The notes under the pieces: model-generated
Databases searched by the model: none
Told to the model about the DNA's origin: nothing
The model's input: the letters and a program-made list of their open reading frames with translations, nothing else
Translations under genes and position numbers: made by a program
Shown here: positions 33,301 through 36,981 of the stretch, one piece after another
Numbering within the stretch: position 1 is the first letter of the stretch
How the letters are laid out: every line of letters starts with the position of its first letter
Source of the DNA: Octopus bimaculoides
Lineage: Eukaryota
NCBI RefSeq assembly: GCF_001194135.2
Contig: NC_068982.1
Location: 162,774,480 to 162,811,460 of the forward strand
Reading direction: 5' to 3'
Length of the DNA stretch: 36,981 nt

Positions 33301-34340
33301 TGTCATTCTGCATATCCATGTCAAGCCTTCTTTGAACTGGTTTATGACATACATCAACCAATTTATGGAGTGTAACAGGTGCTGTGTGACAGTGTGTACT
33401 GGGTGTGTAGTTATATACTTAATCTTTTGGAGATGTTATACATATGTATAGCATCTCTAAGATGTTATCTCACTCAGAATTATTCAACTGCTCTCACAGA
33501 GATGTGATAGTAATATACTCATTCTGCTAGAAATGTGCTAGATATGCACCTGTGTTCCTTCTTTCCTACTTTGAATCCACAATTCCTAATGGATATAGAA
33601 AGACGCTATTGTGACATAGTATCTCTTGGGCATTTTAAACTTGACATAGCCTGTCTTCTCCAGGTTTGAACACTGGCAATTCTTTCCTTCCTTCCTTTCA
33701 GAGAGAAAGAGAGAGAGCGAGAACGATCAACTTCAGTAATTGATTGGTACTTTTTTAGCGACCCCCCAAAACAATGGAAGTTGATCTCAGAGTGCAGAGA
33801 ATCAATGAATACTGTAAAGCATTCTTTCCAACACTCTAACTGTTCTGCCAGCTCACTGCAAAGGGATGTGGTAATTATCTACTTATATATGTACACTGTC
33901 ACAGAACTATGGCATTTATGCATTTATGTTTATATACATACATGCATGATATAGCAGTATGTAACTCACATAGATGTGGTAGATATATGAGCAGGCAGAA
34001 AGTTCCAAGGGTTACAGCTGTAGAGATGAAGGTTTCAGCAAGTAGTTTTATTTATAGAGCACATAATCTGGTCTGTGGAATCTGAAATATGGCAGTGGTG
34101 TGAGGAGGATAAAATAGAGGGAATAGGTTTGGCTAATTTTACAAAATCGAGAGAAAAAGAATATAGCACATCAGTAGGCCCATGATGCTTGTGTGAAAGT
34201 TTTATAATTGGTCAGATAGCTGTATATTGGATATATATCAGAAACACTATTTCAAATATGTTGGTGCTTTGGTGTGGACTACACCTGTGCTTTATACTGA
34301 TGATGTTGATATAATTATCTTACTTACCTGTCTTCTTTAG

Positions 34341-34468
34341 AAAATGGATTCCAGTTGGTGGACATTTGCACCTGGTAGAAACCAACCCTTTAAATATCAG
34401 CTGGGGTATTGGCTATGACAGCTCAGCCTGGGTATATACTGGAGGCTTTGGAGGAGACATTCTAAAGA
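34341..34468 (+). CDS. TECPR1: TECPR1 coding exon 13 (TECPR repeat)
   Basis: tttag|A...AAGA|gtaagt; KWIPVGGHLHLVETNPLNISWGIGYDSSAWVYTGGFGGDILK (human GGHLRMVEANSRGVVWGIGYDHTAWVYTGGYGG); 128 nt, phase 2 to 1. Confidence 0.95.
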
Positions 34469-34528
34469 GTAAGTATTCTCTCAACACATCTATAGACCCA
34501 CTTTCTTACATGTGTTAGTTTTACACAC

Positions 34529-34570
<42 letters not shown>

Positions 34571-34719
34571 CTACAAATATGATAGTGATATGCCCTCACT
34601 TCCACAGGTGTGATAGTAAAACTCTCTTCTCCTATATGTGATGATTATTTACCCACTATTCTATACATACAAATGCACATACAGTTTAAAATACATGTTA
34701 CTACATAAATACACATGCA

Positions 34720-34870
34720 CACACAGGTTACTTCCTGTTTCTGTCTACCAAATAGGCTCACAAGACTTTGGTCAAACTAAAGCTATAGTTAAAGACACCT
34801 ACCCAATGTACCATGCAGTAGGATTGAATCCCAAAACATGTACTTGGGAGATAAACTGAGGACACAGTCA
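34720..34870 (-). mobile_element. Decayed family-A SINE head (a similar copy at about 30920-31085)
   Basis: cttcctgtttctgtctaccaaa...cacaagactttggtc...ctatagttaaagacacct.cccaa is the reverse complement of the 11597 head region. Confidence 0.6.
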
Positions 34871-35067
34871 TACCTGCACTCCATTTATATACAATGAATG
34901 GTCGTTTCATACTGGTGTGAAATGTAATTGAATGAAAAAAGTACTTGTCCTAATGTACAGGTAACTCTGGAATGAGAAACTCTAAGCAGCAACTCACACA
35001 CTGGGAAAAATAATATACATACATGTGGATTTACCCGTGCGCACGCACACACACACACACACTCACA

Positions 35068-35110
<43 letters not shown>

Positions 35111-35424
35111 TAGTAGTTTTCTTTGTCATTGTACTAGTATACCATGTTATGAAGAAACAGGAATGACACGATGCTGTGTAGCCTGTTGCTCTGTTTAACA
35201 GCATCACCAGGCCTTTGGGTTTTGGTTCTTTTAGTAGAGAACACTCAGATCAAGTCCCCAGTCTGAGAATAACTTTCTCCTCTTTTTCCACCCATCTTAG
35301 AGGCCCTTAAAAAGGGTTATTTATACTGCCTTTCCTCCATTGATTATATGATTACAATGCAAAAGAATAAAACATTGTCAGCATGGAAGAATTAATGTAA
35401 TTCTATTTATTTTTTCTTTCTAAG

Positions 35425-35527
35425 GTGTATCCGATGCCAGTTGGAGAGTCCATCCACAAGTTGATGTACGTAGTGTTTATATTTATGAAAACCAAAAGTG
35501 GACACCTGCATATGGCTATTCAAATAG
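35425..35527 (+). CDS. TECPR1: TECPR1 coding exon 14 (start of DysF domain 2); gene continues beyond the window
   Basis: ctaag|GT...ATAG|gttggt; VSDASWRVHPQVDVRSVYIYENQKWTPAYGYSN(R) (human SDVKCVHIYENQRWNPVTGYTSR); 103 nt, phase 1 to 2. No next exon found up to 36981. Confidence 0.92.
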
Positions 35528-35922
35528 GTTGGTTTTTAATACAGTTCTATATTAAAGAGATGAGGTTGGTTTTTAGTTCACGCTTTGTTTGCTCAGTAAT
35601 GTTTACTGACAATTAATAACAATGTTCATGTCTCTCTCCATATCTCACAATTATTGATACTTAACACACACTACTGTTAACTTCTCAATCTACCACTGAC
35701 AGGTGGGGGCTTTTAATTGTTCACTTGACATGTTTGATATAGCAGCCAAATCTCTTTTCATATCATAACTTTGTCTTCATATAGGAAGAACACATCAGAT
35801 TGTATAGTCAGTGAGATACCCACAAGAAGACAGGATAGCCATGTTTTGAATGTCTTTAACCATTAGTCTTTTCAATCAGAGCTGATATGAGGCTAAAGAA
35901 AAACAAGTGTTCACCATATCAC

Positions 35923-35925
<3 letters not shown>

Positions 35926-36010
<85 letters not shown>
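35926..36010. repeat. (CT)n microsatellite
   Basis: Direct reading. Numerous other (TA)n, (CA)n and (TG)n tracts are not listed individually. Confidence 0.95.
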
Positions 36011-36013
<3 letters not shown>

Positions 36014-36435
36014 ACTATTCACTTCTCCATACCACTAGCAGCTATCACTTATGTTGCTGGTATAGCTGTTTAACCCTGGGCCAGCACAGATGATGCACAC
36101 CTATAACTAAAAGTGCCCACTTAAGTGTTTAAGTATATATTTTTGTAATCTCCACCTCTAACTTTTTCATTATTCATTTTAAAAATTCCTTTCGGTTTAT
36201 ATGTCTTGAACATCAGCAATTCAGCTACATTGGTTTAATTCTTGATAGTCACATTTTTTTGTATGGTATATTATTCTGAGAATATCAAATATTTGAGGTA
36301 GTCTCTAATTCACTGTAACTTTCTCTGGTTTGTGAGAGAAAAATAACAGTTTCAATGGCAGGTTGTTTCCTTATTGAATGGCATTTCCTTAATACATCTT
36401 CAAATTGCAACAAATTGTCCATCATGTACATCAGC

Positions 36436-36640
36436 TTACTCTGTCATCACATCAACTAGTTTCTGATGGGATTCACCTCTGGGATCAACTGCCTCTTTAC
36501 TAGTGTTAAACTCCTGACATAAGATGAGTAGCTTCCAGTGGACAGGCTTCTTGATGTCATAAAATCTTCCGTTCAGCATCATGAATTGAAAGTACAATAC
36601 AGTACAATATCCAGTGTTAGGGAGATGATTAGAGCCTATA
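36436..36640 (-). mobile_element. Possible highly decayed RTE C-terminus
   Basis: ...FMMLNGRFYDIKKPVHWK...PRGESHQKLVDVMTE loosely echoes GHxxRM...K..LxWK...RGRPRKRWxDxV. Confidence 0.3.
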
Positions 36641-36642
36641 CC

Positions 36643-36685
<43 letters not shown>

Positions 36686-36686
<1 letters not shown>

Positions 36687-36981
36687 GCATCATAGTCAAC
36701 TGCTACAAAGGTAAAGGTGACGCTTTAGATACAAATAATTACAGAGGCATCAAGCTGTTAGATCAGGTTATGAAAGTTACAGAGAGGGTCATAGCCCAAC
36801 TAATTAGGGAGCGAATCAATTTAGATGAGATGCAGTTTGGGTTCATGCCAGGTAAAAGCACTACTGATGCCTTATTTCTAGTGAGACAGCTGCAGGAGAA
36901 ATACCTAGCTAAGGATAAACCTCTGTACCTGGCTTTCGTTGACATGGAGAAAGCCTTTGACAGGGTCCCCCGATCCCTTAT
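36686..36981 (+). mobile_element. RTE LINE reverse transcriptase fragment, uninterrupted to the window edge
   Basis: IVNCYKGKGDALDTNNYRGIKLLDQVMKVTERV...QFGFMPGKSTTDALFLVRQLQEKY...LYLAFVDMEKAFDRVPR (RT motifs NYRGI, QFGF, FVDxEKAFD); starts directly after (TA)n; no stop in 98 codons. Confidence 0.95.

Noticed and set aside
35528-36981. Next TECPR1 exon (expected LPTDR...WSD)
   Set aside because: No matching frame with an acceptor; it must lie beyond the window.

Overview
Eukaryotic, AT-rich, repeat-dense genomic DNA with five assembly gaps. The SINE/RTE repeat landscape suggests an octopod cephalopod, probably Octopus (inference). One + strand protein-coding gene dominates: a TECPR1 orthologue (tectonin beta-propeller repeat-containing protein 1; autophagy and lysosome-damage CASM factor). 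I reconstructed 14 coding exons (6499-35527) with GT-AG boundaries and consistent phases, giving 3137 nt (1045 codons + 2 nt). They cover the N-terminal TECPR repeats, DysF domain 1, an expanded acidic linker, the ATG5-binding helix, the PH domain and the start of DysF domain 2; the 3' end lies beyond the window. The upstream region and introns hold RTE LINE pieces (EN, RT, Cys-rich insert, C-terminus, 3' tails), Penelope-like fragments with an intact-looking minimal hammerhead ribozyme, three Tc1/mariner relics, a piggyBac-type MITE, CR1 and gypsy remnants, several SINE families, a two-period minisatellite and many microsatellites. No prokaryotic-type system or CRISPR array is present. The best leads are the hammerhead (1270-1321), the conserved and altered TECPR1 motifs, a mariner end abutting the first coding acceptor plus an overlapping uORF, and long intronic inverted-repeat duplexes. 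Family assignments and human comparisons come from recalled motifs, not database searches.
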